A stretch of DNA of 64,000 bases from Candidatus Kaiserbacteria bacterium (lineage in GTDB: Bacteria; Patescibacteriota; Minisyncoccia; Phycocordibacterales; Phycocordibacteraceae). The position numbers and the translations under genes are program-made. Under the pieces are notes generated by a model. That model was not told the origin of the DNA. It was given only the letters and a program-made list of their open reading frames with translations, and did no database searches. The DNA is taken from the NCBI GenBank assembly GCA_029288865.1, contig JARIGM010000017.1:7131-71130 (forward strand), written 5' to 3'. Below are positions 19,341 through 27,406 of this stretch, in pieces. Numbering within the stretch: position 1 is the stretch's first letter; each line of letters starts with the position of its first letter.

Positions 19341-20606
19341 ATGGCGACAATGATTACTAAAGAAAAGAGAACAGAGCCTCGCATCGCCGCCGAAGAGCTC
19401 CAGCCCAAGCTCATTCAGAAACAAGAAGAGCGCGCAGCAGAAGCTCCCGTTGTCGAGGAAAACGAGACTGATCGTCCGTGGTCAGTATTCGGAACGAAGA
19501 AGCTCAAGGAGAAGAAAAACGGCTACACGCATGTGAGCCTTTTCTCGGGAGTTGGCGGCCTCGACCTCGGCTTTCGCGCGGCAGGTTTCAGAACGGTGTG
19601 GGCGAACGACATCGATCCCGATGCGTGCGATACGTTCCGCGATAACCTCGGCGAGATAGCGGAGGGCGACATTCGTACCATCGGATGGCCGAAACTAGAA
19701 GAGCCGCTCGACGTGCTCTCGGCAGGATTTCCGTGCCAGCCATTTTCAAACGCAGGTTCCCGTCGCGGCGTCAGCGATCGTCGCGGCGACCTATTTAATT
19801 ACGCCCTCGAAGCGGTGCGCGAGCTGAATCCTCGCGTGGTCTTATTCGAGAACGTTCGCGGTCTGCTTTCAGTAAAGATCGGAAGGAAGCTGCTCATAGA
19901 GGAGATACTCCAACAGCTTCATAACCAAGGGTACGACTGCCAGTTCAAGCTCATCGACGCATCGAACCACCGGGTCGCGCAGCGACGCCTCCGCCTCCTC
20001 ATTGTCGGCGTGCGCCGCGATAGCGACCTTGGGCCATTCCGTTATCCGCAGGAGAAGCCGAAGATCGGGCTAAGCATCGGGGAGACCATACTAGACGCGA
20101 CTCCCGACCTTCCGAACCAGGGAGAGCTCATGCAGCTCAACCCCCAAGCCATCGAACTCGGCTCGTATATCCCGGAAGGCGGATCGTGGAAGGATATTCC
20201 ATACGACAAGCTACCCGAGCGCTTGCAGTACATCAGGAACAACATGGAGAAGTACCGATGGCCGAAATTCTATGCCCGCTTCCACCGCGACGACATCGCC
20301 GGAACCATTACGGCGGCTTTCAAGCCAGAGAACGCAGGCGTTTGGCATCCCGTTGAGACTAGGGTATTCTCAGTCCGTGAGATAGCGAGAATCCAGAGCT
20401 TCCCGGACTGGTTCGTGTTCGGGGGCCGGAGCGTCAAGTCGAAGTACCAGCAAATAGGGAATGCCGTTCCTCCGAGGCTCGCCTACGAGGTTGCCCTCGA
20501 AGTAGTGAACGTACTCGAGGGGCATAAGCCCCGGACGCTGACCGATTTCTTGAAAGAGAAGCGTCCATTGCGACCTTCCGACAAGGCGATTCACTACGAA
20601 CCATGA
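19341..20606 (+). CDS. DNA (cytosine-5)-methyltransferase (Dcm family), complete
   Basis: Motif I LFSGVGGLDLGF, motif IV GFPCQPFS, motif VI ENV, motif VIII QRRLR, motif X QIGNAVPP. First gene of a 5-gene operon. Confidence 0.9.
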   Translation: MATMITKEKRTEPRIAAEELQPKLIQKQEERAAEAPVVEENETDRPWSVFGTKKLKEKKNGYTHVSLFSGVGGLDLGFRAAGFRTVWANDIDPDACDTFRDNLGEIAEGDIRTIGWPKLEEPLDVLSAGFPCQPFSNAGSRRGVSDRRGDLFNYALEAVRELNPRVVLFENVRGLLSVKIGRKLLIEEILQQLHNQGYDCQFKLIDASNHRVAQRRLRLLIVGVRRDSDLGPFRYPQEKPKIGLSIGETILDATPDLPNQGELMQLNPQAIELGSYIPEGGSWKDIPYDKLPERLQYIRNNMEKYRWPKFYARFHRDDIAGTITAAFKPENAGVWHPVETRVFSVREIARIQSFPDWFVFGGRSVKSKYQQIGNAVPPRLAYEVALEVVNVLEGHKPRTLTDFLKEKRPLRPSDKAIHYEP

Positions 20607-20609
20607 ACT

Positions 20610-21434
20610 ATGCGCTACCTAAACGAAAATCTGATACGGGATTCATTCCTGCGTCTACGCCAGAATGAGACCGGAGGAAAGACTGGTCTCGAGCGCACAT
20701 CGGCATTGATGTGCTTTCTTGCGTTTGATGCCCTCCTAAAGCGCACCGGCGGCACTGCGCCGCTCGATTTCAACCCGGATGTCAGTCTCGGCGTGAACAA
20801 CAGGTCTGGTCTTAGCCGCGAATTCACGCGGCTCGTTCAGTTGAAGAACGGCAGCGATCCATATCATGTGCTCAATCTAGGAGAGGTTTCAGTCGGCGGG
20901 AATCCTCCCGAGAAGCGATTCTCCTCGAACTTCCTTACGGTCTCTCTCAAGAAAGCGACCACGAGCGCAACGGCGTACGGCTATCCGAGCCGCCCATCGA
21001 ACCCGCTGCTCATGCTCGGGCCCGAGGCAACGGGGCTTACTTGGGGAATCGATCGCCACCCGGACTGGAAGTCGAACCTTCCCGTCTTCCTCCACGGACG
21101 TAAGACCAAGACTCCGTTCACAGACCTAGCGATCTTCGTCCTTCGCTCAAGGGGAGTCGATTCGGAGCACACCACCCTGCAGGATGTCCTGAATGACGGG
21201 CTCTGCGAAGTGTTCACGGACGAGCTCTGTGCGTTCTGGAAGAGCCAGATTTCGCTCGAAAAGATTTACTTCACCGAAGTTGCCGATCCGTTCCAGGACG
21301 AACTCGCATCGCCGTTCGCTGACTGCTCATGGATGGGCGACATGCAGCCTGGCAATGGAGAGAACGAACTCGCCTCGCGCGTGATCTACCTCGAGGGCTT
21401 GCTTCGCCTGCACAATATTCCGTTTGAAGAATAA
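20610..21434 (+). CDS. hypothetical protein (candidate cognate restriction endonuclease or specificity component)
   Basis: 274 aa starting 3 nt after the MTase stop. No recognisable motif. Confidence 0.5.
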   Translation: MRYLNENLIRDSFLRLRQNETGGKTGLERTSALMCFLAFDALLKRTGGTAPLDFNPDVSLGVNNRSGLSREFTRLVQLKNGSDPYHVLNLGEVSVGGNPPEKRFSSNFLTVSLKKATTSATAYGYPSRPSNPLLMLGPEATGLTWGIDRHPDWKSNLPVFLHGRKTKTPFTDLAIFVLRSRGVDSEHTTLQDVLNDGLCEVFTDELCAFWKSQISLEKIYFTEVADPFQDELASPFADCSWMGDMQPGNGENELASRVIYLEGLLRLHNIPFEE

Positions 21435-21446
21435 TTTTTAATACTT

Positions 21447-22574
21447 ATGACAAACACGAAACCATCGTTCCTTCTCGAGAAGCCAGAGCCGATACTCCGC
21501 ACGCGCCTCTATAACGGCCGCCGCCTGCAGGTCTGGGAAGGCCGCGCGAAGATGTCCGAGATCAAAGGATGGGCGGAGAACCCGCGCATCGACCTCGCGA
21601 AGCGAAGTCTCCAGCAAGCCGTGGGAACCCGCGCGCTGCAGCAGGACGAACTCTACGACCTGATGAAGAAGGATTCGGATGTGAAGCTCGCGGCTTTGCG
21701 CGACGACATCATGAAGAACGGCTTGCGAGAGCCGATCACCCTCTCATTCGACGGTAAGCTGCTCGACGGAAACCGCCGCTTCTTCGCGGTGCGCTATATC
21801 CTTGAAACGCTTCCAACGACCGAGCCGAATCGCCAGGATCACGAAACGATAGACGCGTACGTGCTCATGGAGGATGCGACAGAAGACGATGAGCAGCGCG
21901 TCCTCGTGGAAGAGAACTTCTCGCCATCGCTCAAGATCGAGTGGCCCGACTACGTCAAGGCATCGCATGTCATAAAGGAGCACGAAGCCGGTATCGATAC
22001 GGCAGACATCGCAAAGAAGTTCAAGTGGCCGGCAAGCAAAGTAAAGGAAACGATCCGCATCAACCAGATCATCAATGACTTCCTTACTTATGCGACAGCG
22101 CCGGAAGACCCGAACGATGAGCTCGGCGGCGGCCTCGGGCTTACGGAGCAGGAGGCGGAAACGATTGCTGCGAAGAACTACCAGTTCTTCAATGAAGCCC
22201 AGAAGTCCTTCTACGAGCCGTTGCAGACCGATCTCGAGTTCAAGGCAAACTTCTTTCGCTGGATGAAGCAGGAAAAGTTCTCGAGCTTCCCGGAAGTCCG
22301 CATCGCATACAAGGCGTGGAAAGACCCGGAAGTGAAGGCGATCATCGCAGGGAACGATCCTGATGCAGCCAAGGACGCAAAGTCCACGCTCGACTACAAT
22401 GCGCGCGTTGTGCGATCAGGCGACGAAGCAGCGGGCCGCATCGACGCGTTCGTGAAATTCCTCAAGGCCATGAAAGCCGGAGAGATCAAAGCGCTTCCCG
22501 CGTCCGCGCGCGAGAGCCTCACCGAAGCGCTGACGCTTATCGAGAAGATGAGTTCAGCCGCTTCAGAAGAGTAA
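21447..22574 (+). CDS. ParB/Srx-fold (ParB-like nuclease/NTPase domain) protein
   Basis: N-terminal EPITLSFDGKLLDGNRRFFAV matches the ParB/sulfiredoxin GxxRxxA arginine-finger box, as in the DGQHR/DGQQR domains of DndB and DUF262. 12-nt gap to the upstream gene. Confidence 0.6.
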   Translation: MTNTKPSFLLEKPEPILRTRLYNGRRLQVWEGRAKMSEIKGWAENPRIDLAKRSLQQAVGTRALQQDELYDLMKKDSDVKLAALRDDIMKNGLREPITLSFDGKLLDGNRRFFAVRYILETLPTTEPNRQDHETIDAYVLMEDATEDDEQRVLVEENFSPSLKIEWPDYVKASHVIKEHEAGIDTADIAKKFKWPASKVKETIRINQIINDFLTYATAPEDPNDELGGGLGLTEQEAETIAAKNYQFFNEAQKSFYEPLQTDLEFKANFFRWMKQEKFSSFPEVRIAYKAWKDPEVKAIIAGNDPDAAKDAKSTLDYNARVVRSGDEAAGRIDAFVKFLKAMKAGEIKALPASARESLTEALTLIEKMSSAASEE

Positions 22575-22592
22575 ATTGCGGCTGAACTCCTG

Positions 22593-24290
22593 ATGCCATT
22601 CACTTTTAAAGTACAGAACTCACAGATTATTTGCGAAGGAGAAGGCGTCCCATTTCTTCGACTCAAGGCGAAGTTGAGCGAGGCCCTGGGACATGGTCAG
22701 ATCACGACCATCGGCCCGAAATCCTTCTCATTGCCGATCATCGCTGCTGTCGCAGCGTCTTCCGTATTCCAAGAAGTCTGCGGCGCTATCCCCGAAGCGC
22801 TCTCGGGAGAGACTGATGTGTATGATCGGCACCGCGCCGCTCGTGATGTCGCCATGCAGGGAGTTCGTGATAACAAGGTAGATCAGCTCGAGACGCCATG
22901 GCCTGAAATCCTCGACCCCGCGCAGGCAATCGCCGTCACCGCAATGACCACGCCAGGACTCCTCGGCCTCTGCCTGTTCGATGAGCAGGGTATAGGGAAG
23001 ACTCTTACCACACTCGCTGCGTTCGACGTTCTAAGGCAGCGCGGCGAGACTGACTGCCTCGTCATAGTTTCTCCCGTCACCATGATGGGTGGTTGGTCAA
23101 AGGAGATAGAGAAGTTCCTTCCGGGAAAATACCGAGTAAGAACGGCCGAAGGCTCGGCAGAGGAGAAACGGAAAGCGGTGCTCTCGCCGTTCGACGTGCT
23201 GATCTGCAATTTCGAGTCGGTCCCGTCTCTTCTTGTCGCGCTCAAGGGCGTACTCGGTTCAAAGAAGGCGACCTTGGCTGTCGACGAGTCATTCAATGTA
23301 AAGAACAAAGATGCGTTCCGATCGGTCGCCGTGCGCGAACTGCGCGATTTCTGCGTAAAGGGGTTCGTCATGTGCGGCACCCCGGCTCCGAATTCCGCGA
23401 TCGATGTCATCAGCCAATTCGACATCGCCGACAGCGGCTACACATTCGCAGGTTTCGTGCCGCCTAAGGACGAAGAAGACCGGACGCAGCTCATAAACGA
23501 ACGGATAGAGCAGAGAGGCGCATACGTGCGACGCCTGAAGGAGCAGGTGCTCCCGATGCTGCCGGATAAGAAATTCAACCTGGTCTCCGTATCCATGACA
23601 GGGAGGCAGGCCGCACTCTATGAGGAATCACGGGGCCAGTTAGAGCTTTCCCTCAAGAGCATGGATAACGCGACCTTCCGAAAGTCGCTTGCTACCTATT
23701 TCCAGCAGCGTTCGACTCTCCTCCAAATCTGCGCGTGCCCCGAAGCCGTAGATCCCACTTTCTCCGACAAGTCCGCCAAGCTCGAGGCCCTCGATAAGCT
23801 CGTCGAGGAGATCGTCGAGCGCGGCCAGAAGAAGCTCCTCATCTGGTCGTTCTATCGCGCGAGCCTCCAAAGCATTATGAAGCGCTACGAGAGATATTCG
23901 CCGGTACTGCTCGACGGAAGCTCGTCGGCAAAGGAACGGGCTGATGCTGTGCATCTCTTCCAAAACGATCCGCAAGTCCGCATCTGCGTAGCGAACCCGG
24001 CAGCCGCCGGCGCCGGCATCACGCTACATGCGGCATCGGACGCCGTATACATCTCTTTCTCCAACCAGGCGGCTCACTTCCTGCAGTCCCTCGATCGCAT
24101 ACACCGAAGAGGCCAGGAAGCCGAGAATGTGAACTATCATTTAGTAGTGTGCCGAGGCACGATAGAGGAGGGCGAGGTACAGCGCTTGCGCGAAAAGGAA
24201 GTGCGCCAGCACGAGCTTCTCGGCGACGAGGTGAAGTGGCCGAACTCTCTCGACGAGGCCCTCGCAGAACTCTCAATACCTCATGAATAA
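22593..24290 (+). CDS. SNF2-family ATPase/helicase
   Basis: Motif I FDEQGIGKT, Ia IVSPVTMMGGW, II LAVDESFNVKN, III FVMCGTPAPNS, V/VI ...AGAGITL...QSLDRIHRRGQ. Confidence 0.85.
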   Translation: MPFTFKVQNSQIICEGEGVPFLRLKAKLSEALGHGQITTIGPKSFSLPIIAAVAASSVFQEVCGAIPEALSGETDVYDRHRAARDVAMQGVRDNKVDQLETPWPEILDPAQAIAVTAMTTPGLLGLCLFDEQGIGKTLTTLAAFDVLRQRGETDCLVIVSPVTMMGGWSKEIEKFLPGKYRVRTAEGSAEEKRKAVLSPFDVLICNFESVPSLLVALKGVLGSKKATLAVDESFNVKNKDAFRSVAVRELRDFCVKGFVMCGTPAPNSAIDVISQFDIADSGYTFAGFVPPKDEEDRTQLINERIEQRGAYVRRLKEQVLPMLPDKKFNLVSVSMTGRQAALYEESRGQLELSLKSMDNATFRKSLATYFQQRSTLLQICACPEAVDPTFSDKSAKLEALDKLVEEIVERGQKKLLIWSFYRASLQSIMKRYERYSPVLLDGSSSAKERADAVHLFQNDPQVRICVANPAAAGAGITLHAASDAVYISFSNQAAHFLQSLDRIHRRGQEAENVNYHLVVCRGTIEEGEVQRLREKEVRQHELLGDEVKWPNSLDEALAELSIPHE

Positions 24291-25494
24291 AGATCACGTC
24301 TGGATATTTAACGAGGCAGCTTTAGGCTCCGGCATGGACGGGCCGCTTTCGCTTGAGTATCACGTGCCGGGCGGGAAGATGAAGGCGGAACCCGGTGCCC
24401 TCGTCGGATCGAGGCTCTGGCTCGTCGTGCGAAGCGGAGACGAGGAGTTCCTGTACGCCATGCTTGCGCCTACGAGCATCGAGCTCTATCAAGAGGGGAA
24501 GTATAAGGACGACTTCCTCCTCACTTCCGAAGGATTCCTCTCGGCTCGCTTCCTCCCTCACCGCGAATCGCGCGAGCCGTGGAAACTACCCTCGCTCAAA
24601 GGCGAAGAAGGGATACGCGAATGCGACGATGCAGAGCGCACCTCATTCATTGAGATGCTCGAACGGAACGAGCGCGTCAGCTTCGCGGCTCCGTCCCGCG
24701 GAGAGCTCGAGTCCATTCCGCGAACTGCTTTCAGCGACCTAGAACATGCTGTGCCCGACCAGCTCATGTCGGTTCTGCGAACAGTCGCATTCGGAGACAT
24801 CTCACGCGTGCGCTCATCGCCAGCGTCCCTCTCGGCGCTCGGCGGTATTGCTCTCACTATACTCAAGTCGGTACGGCCGGAACTCCCGGAAGCGGAAATG
24901 ATAGAACTCATCGCCGCGCTTGACCCGATGGGCACCCTCGATTCAGTCGAAGAATCCAAAGAGAAGATAACGAAGACGATCGCATCTCTGCCTCCTGTAG
25001 TCGATACGTTCCTCGAAGAAGTCGACCCTGATAAAATATCGCCCCGCAAATTCGTTGCCGGTGCGCCCGCGTACTCCTCAGAATGGCTCGATAAGACCAA
25101 TGACGCGGAGCAGGCACACGAACAGATTCTCAAGGACACAGTGCTCTATTTGAAGGGCAAGGGCTTTAAGGTTTACAAGACCCGGAGTTTCGACCTCTTC
25201 GCAGAGAAGAACGGCATTCGATTCCTCTGCGAGATCAAGAGCGCCAACGGCTTTAATTCAGTCGCGCAGGGCGAAAAGGGAATCGTGCAGCTTCTTCGGT
25301 ACTCGACCGCACTAACGGATGGCGGGATAAGATACCTGCTCGTCTTACAGGATTCGAGGCAGGATGCGGTGCATGAGTATCTTTCAAAGATGGCTGATCG
25401 TGCTGGCTCCGAGCTCTGGCTGTACAATGGCGAAAAGGAGTGGCCGGCGCGCATATCGAATCTCAATGCTATATCGGCTGAATCATGGAACTAA
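24283..25494 (+). CDS. RecB-like PD-(D/E)xK nuclease-domain protein with uncharacterised N-terminal domain
   Basis: Start overlaps the SNF2 stop (ATGAATAA). C-terminus SFDLFAEK...FLCEIKS...VQLLRYS gives D / ExK / QxxxY. Confidence 0.5.
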   Translation: MNKDHVWIFNEAALGSGMDGPLSLEYHVPGGKMKAEPGALVGSRLWLVVRSGDEEFLYAMLAPTSIELYQEGKYKDDFLLTSEGFLSARFLPHRESREPWKLPSLKGEEGIRECDDAERTSFIEMLERNERVSFAAPSRGELESIPRTAFSDLEHAVPDQLMSVLRTVAFGDISRVRSSPASLSALGGIALTILKSVRPELPEAEMIELIAALDPMGTLDSVEESKEKITKTIASLPPVVDTFLEEVDPDKISPRKFVAGAPAYSSEWLDKTNDAEQAHEQILKDTVLYLKGKGFKVYKTRSFDLFAEKNGIRFLCEIKSANGFNSVAQGEKGIVQLLRYSTALTDGGIRYLLVLQDSRQDAVHEYLSKMADRAGSELWLYNGEKEWPARISNLNAISAESWN

Positions 25495-25555
25495 CAACCA
25501 TCGGACTCATAATATTTGCCCTTATCGTGGTAGGAATCTGGCTCTGGAACTAGCC

Positions 25556-25584
25556 TTGACATAAGGGGCTATATGTGATAATCT
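25556..25584 (+). promoter_or_regulatory. sigma70-like promoter TTGACA-17-TAATCT upstream of the DGR target gene
   Basis: Consensus -35 with 17-nt spacing to a TAATCT -10, about 140 nt upstream of the target ATG. A 16-bp imperfect hairpin at 25620-25673 lies in the leader. Confidence 0.45.
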
Positions 25585-25720
25585 CTACCCCGAGAATGGT
25601 CTTTGAAAAGGTTCAGGAATGAGGCGAGTTTTTTGCTGCTTTCCAAGGCATTAGAAAACTCGTCTCATTCGAGACAGTCGCTACCCCGAGCGCTTCGGGA
25701 ACTACCAAAGGAGAACGACG

Positions 25721-26530
25721 ATGACGACTCAGTCGATCACGTCCGACCAGTCCAAGCAGTTCAAGCGTTTCGTCGAGGACGCGAGCGATCGCGCCCTCAA
25801 GGACGTCAACCCCGACAAGGACGGCCTGCAGCGTCTCATCGAGCGCGGCGGCGAGTTCCAGGCTTACCTCCTGGCCGGCATCAGCCGGTTCACGAGCAAG
25901 CTGCCGGACTACACCCTGGCCCGTTCGATCCTCGGCAACGACTTCATCTCCGCCGACGAGATCATGACGGCCCGCGGCGTCCAGTACACCGAGGATCAGC
26001 TGATCGAGCTGGGGCGCAAGCTCCCCGATCAGGCCACGCTCGAAGCGATCCGCGATGCCGGCATGATGCTGGTCGCGGGCCCGCCCACGGCGATGTCGAT
26101 GCTCGACGTCCGCGCCGTCCATGCCGACTTCTTCTACTCGAAGGGGCCGGAGCAGGACGATTCGGGCTGGTACGACGATGCCGGCGAGAAGTTCGCGCGC
26201 AACGACAAGACCGATGCGCTCGGCTGGATCGCGTTCCGCAAGGAGCCGGTCGAAGACTCGCTGTCGAAGAACTGGGAAGAGCAGCAGGCGCTCGTCGCCG
26301 AGCCGATGATGATCCCCAACGCCGCCGAGGCGACCTGGGCGCTGACGACCTTCAAGGCCGTCCGCGACATCTATCTGCTCGACGAGCTCTACGTTCGCAC
26401 CAGTTCGGTCGACTCGGACGGCGACCGCGTGGACGTCGGCGATTTCGATGCCGATGGCCTCGACGTCCGCAGCTATTGGGACGACCACCGGGACTCCAGC
26501 TTGGGCGTTTCGGCGTCTCGGAAGTTCTGA
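25721..26530 (+). CDS. DGR target (variable) protein with C-terminal C-type-lectin-fold variable region
   Basis: Among three overlapping high-GC ORFs, this frame encodes the VR in register with the TR AAC/AAT codons (TR: DGNRVNVGNFDADGLNVNNYWDDNRNSNLGVSASR; VR: DGDRVDVGDFDADGLDVRSYWDDHRDSSLGVSASR). Confidence 0.8.
   Translation: MTTQSITSDQSKQFKRFVEDASDRALKDVNPDKDGLQRLIERGGEFQAYLLAGISRFTSKLPDYTLARSILGNDFISADEIMTARGVQYTEDQLIELGRKLPDQATLEAIRDAGMMLVAGPPTAMSMLDVRAVHADFFYSKGPEQDDSGWYDDAGEKFARNDKTDALGWIAFRKEPVEDSLSKNWEEQQALVAEPMMIPNAAEATWALTTFKAVRDIYLLDELYVRTSSVDSDGDRVDVGDFDADGLDVRSYWDDHRDSSLGVSASRKF
26409..26521 (+). repeat. DGR variable repeat (VR)
   Basis: 113 bp identical to the TR except at 11 positions, all of which are A in the TR (A to G x9, A to C x2). 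A GC-rich imperfect hairpin (26572-26596) follows the target stop. Confidence 0.85.
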
Positions 26531-26882
26531 ACCTCGAACCCTTGAGGACTTGATCCTCTTGAATCCTTGAACCCTCGCGCGCTTGCGCGGGGGTTCTTTC
26601 TTTTGATACTATCGACCTATCTTGCTAATGAAGGCCCGGCTACGGTTCGGCCTCGCGGGATGTCTCGCCTCAAACTCGTCAGAGTGCCGGCGTCTACGGA
26701 TTACGGCAGAGCGCGAAGAGGATAGAGATTGAACTTCTTGTCCGCTCCTGGTGGAGATGTTCCTCGAGTCGCATCGGGAGCTGCTCCCGCAATATATTCA
26801 GGATCGAGAGGATATAGGGATGAGGTGCAAGCCCTCCGGCAAACCTCAAGGTCTGGTGATAGGGATGGGGGTGGACAAATTT

Positions 26883-26996
26883 CTCGACTCGGACGGCAAC
26901 CGCGTGAACGTCGGCAATTTCGATGCCGATGGCCTCAACGTCAACAACTATTGGGACGACAACCGGAACTCCAACTTGGGCGTTTCGGCGTCTCGG
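26883..26996 (+). repeat. DGR template repeat (TR)
   Basis: Cognate of the VR. The adenine-specific mismatch pattern identifies it as the invariant template. The ORF-track ORF 26751-27242 covering it is not considered coding. A hairpin (aaatcccgcc tttc ggggcgggattt, 27019-27047) follows. Confidence 0.85.
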
Positions 26997-27049
26997 CAGT
27001 CGCCTCTCTATCCAAGCGTAAAATCCCGCCTTTCGGGGCGGGATTTATG

Positions 27050-27406
27050 CTACCGCTCTTTCGTGGACTTTATCCATCCTCCGAGCATCCTTCCGATCTC
27101 GTCGATCTTCGTCTCGAGGGAGACGTACTTCTTGTTATCGATGGCCTTCACATCGCACATGAGGCGGATGAAGACGCGCAGTAGATTCAGCTTCATGCTC
27201 GCTTCTTCGAGCGCAGGGAGCTTCTCTGCCTTCGCAGTCTGACCGGCCAGGAGAATGCTCTCGAGCATCTCGACCATCAGCGTCTCGCACTTCTGCCAAA
27301 TGGTGTAGCGGTCTTGCTTAGGGACATCGGCGCGGTATCCATAAAAGACCTTATACAGATCGTAGGACTTCTTAAAAATCGGCGTATCAAATTCATTCAT
27401 AGGCAT
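27050..27406 (-). CDS. avd: DGR accessory variability determinant (Avd; four-helix-bundle, 23S rRNA IVS-protein family)
   Basis: 118 aa. ...FKKSYDLYKVFYGYRADVPKQDRYTIWQKCETLMVEMLESIL...LNLLRVFIRLMCDVKAI... is characteristic of Avd/IVS proteins. Lies between TR and RT on the opposite strand. Confidence 0.7.
   Translation of the reverse strand: MPMNEFDTPIFKKSYDLYKVFYGYRADVPKQDRYTIWQKCETLMVEMLESILLAGQTAKAEKLPALEEASMKLNLLRVFIRLMCDVKAIDNKKYVSLETKIDEIGRMLGGWIKSTKER

Noticed and set aside
21447-22574. Calling the ParB-fold protein a chromosome/plasmid partition ParB
   Set aside because: No parA-like ATPase or parS-like repeats are adjacent. It sits inside an MTase/helicase/nuclease operon and lacks the typical ParB HTH region by eye. 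More likely a ParB/Srx-fold NTPase or nuclease-type domain protein.
25603-26553. Alternative ORFs 25603-26553 (+) and 25613-26488 (-) overlapping the DGR target gene
   Set aside because: Only the 25721-26530 frame places the TR adenines in AAC/AAT codon positions 1-2 and gives a CLec-like VR (YWDD...). The other frames give Arg/Pro-rich nonsense.
26751-27242. ORF 26751-27242 (+) and 26729-27184 (+) covering the template repeat
   Set aside because: The TR is expected to be non-coding. The ORF is an artefact of the TR sharing the target's codon structure; its 3' part runs antisense through avd.
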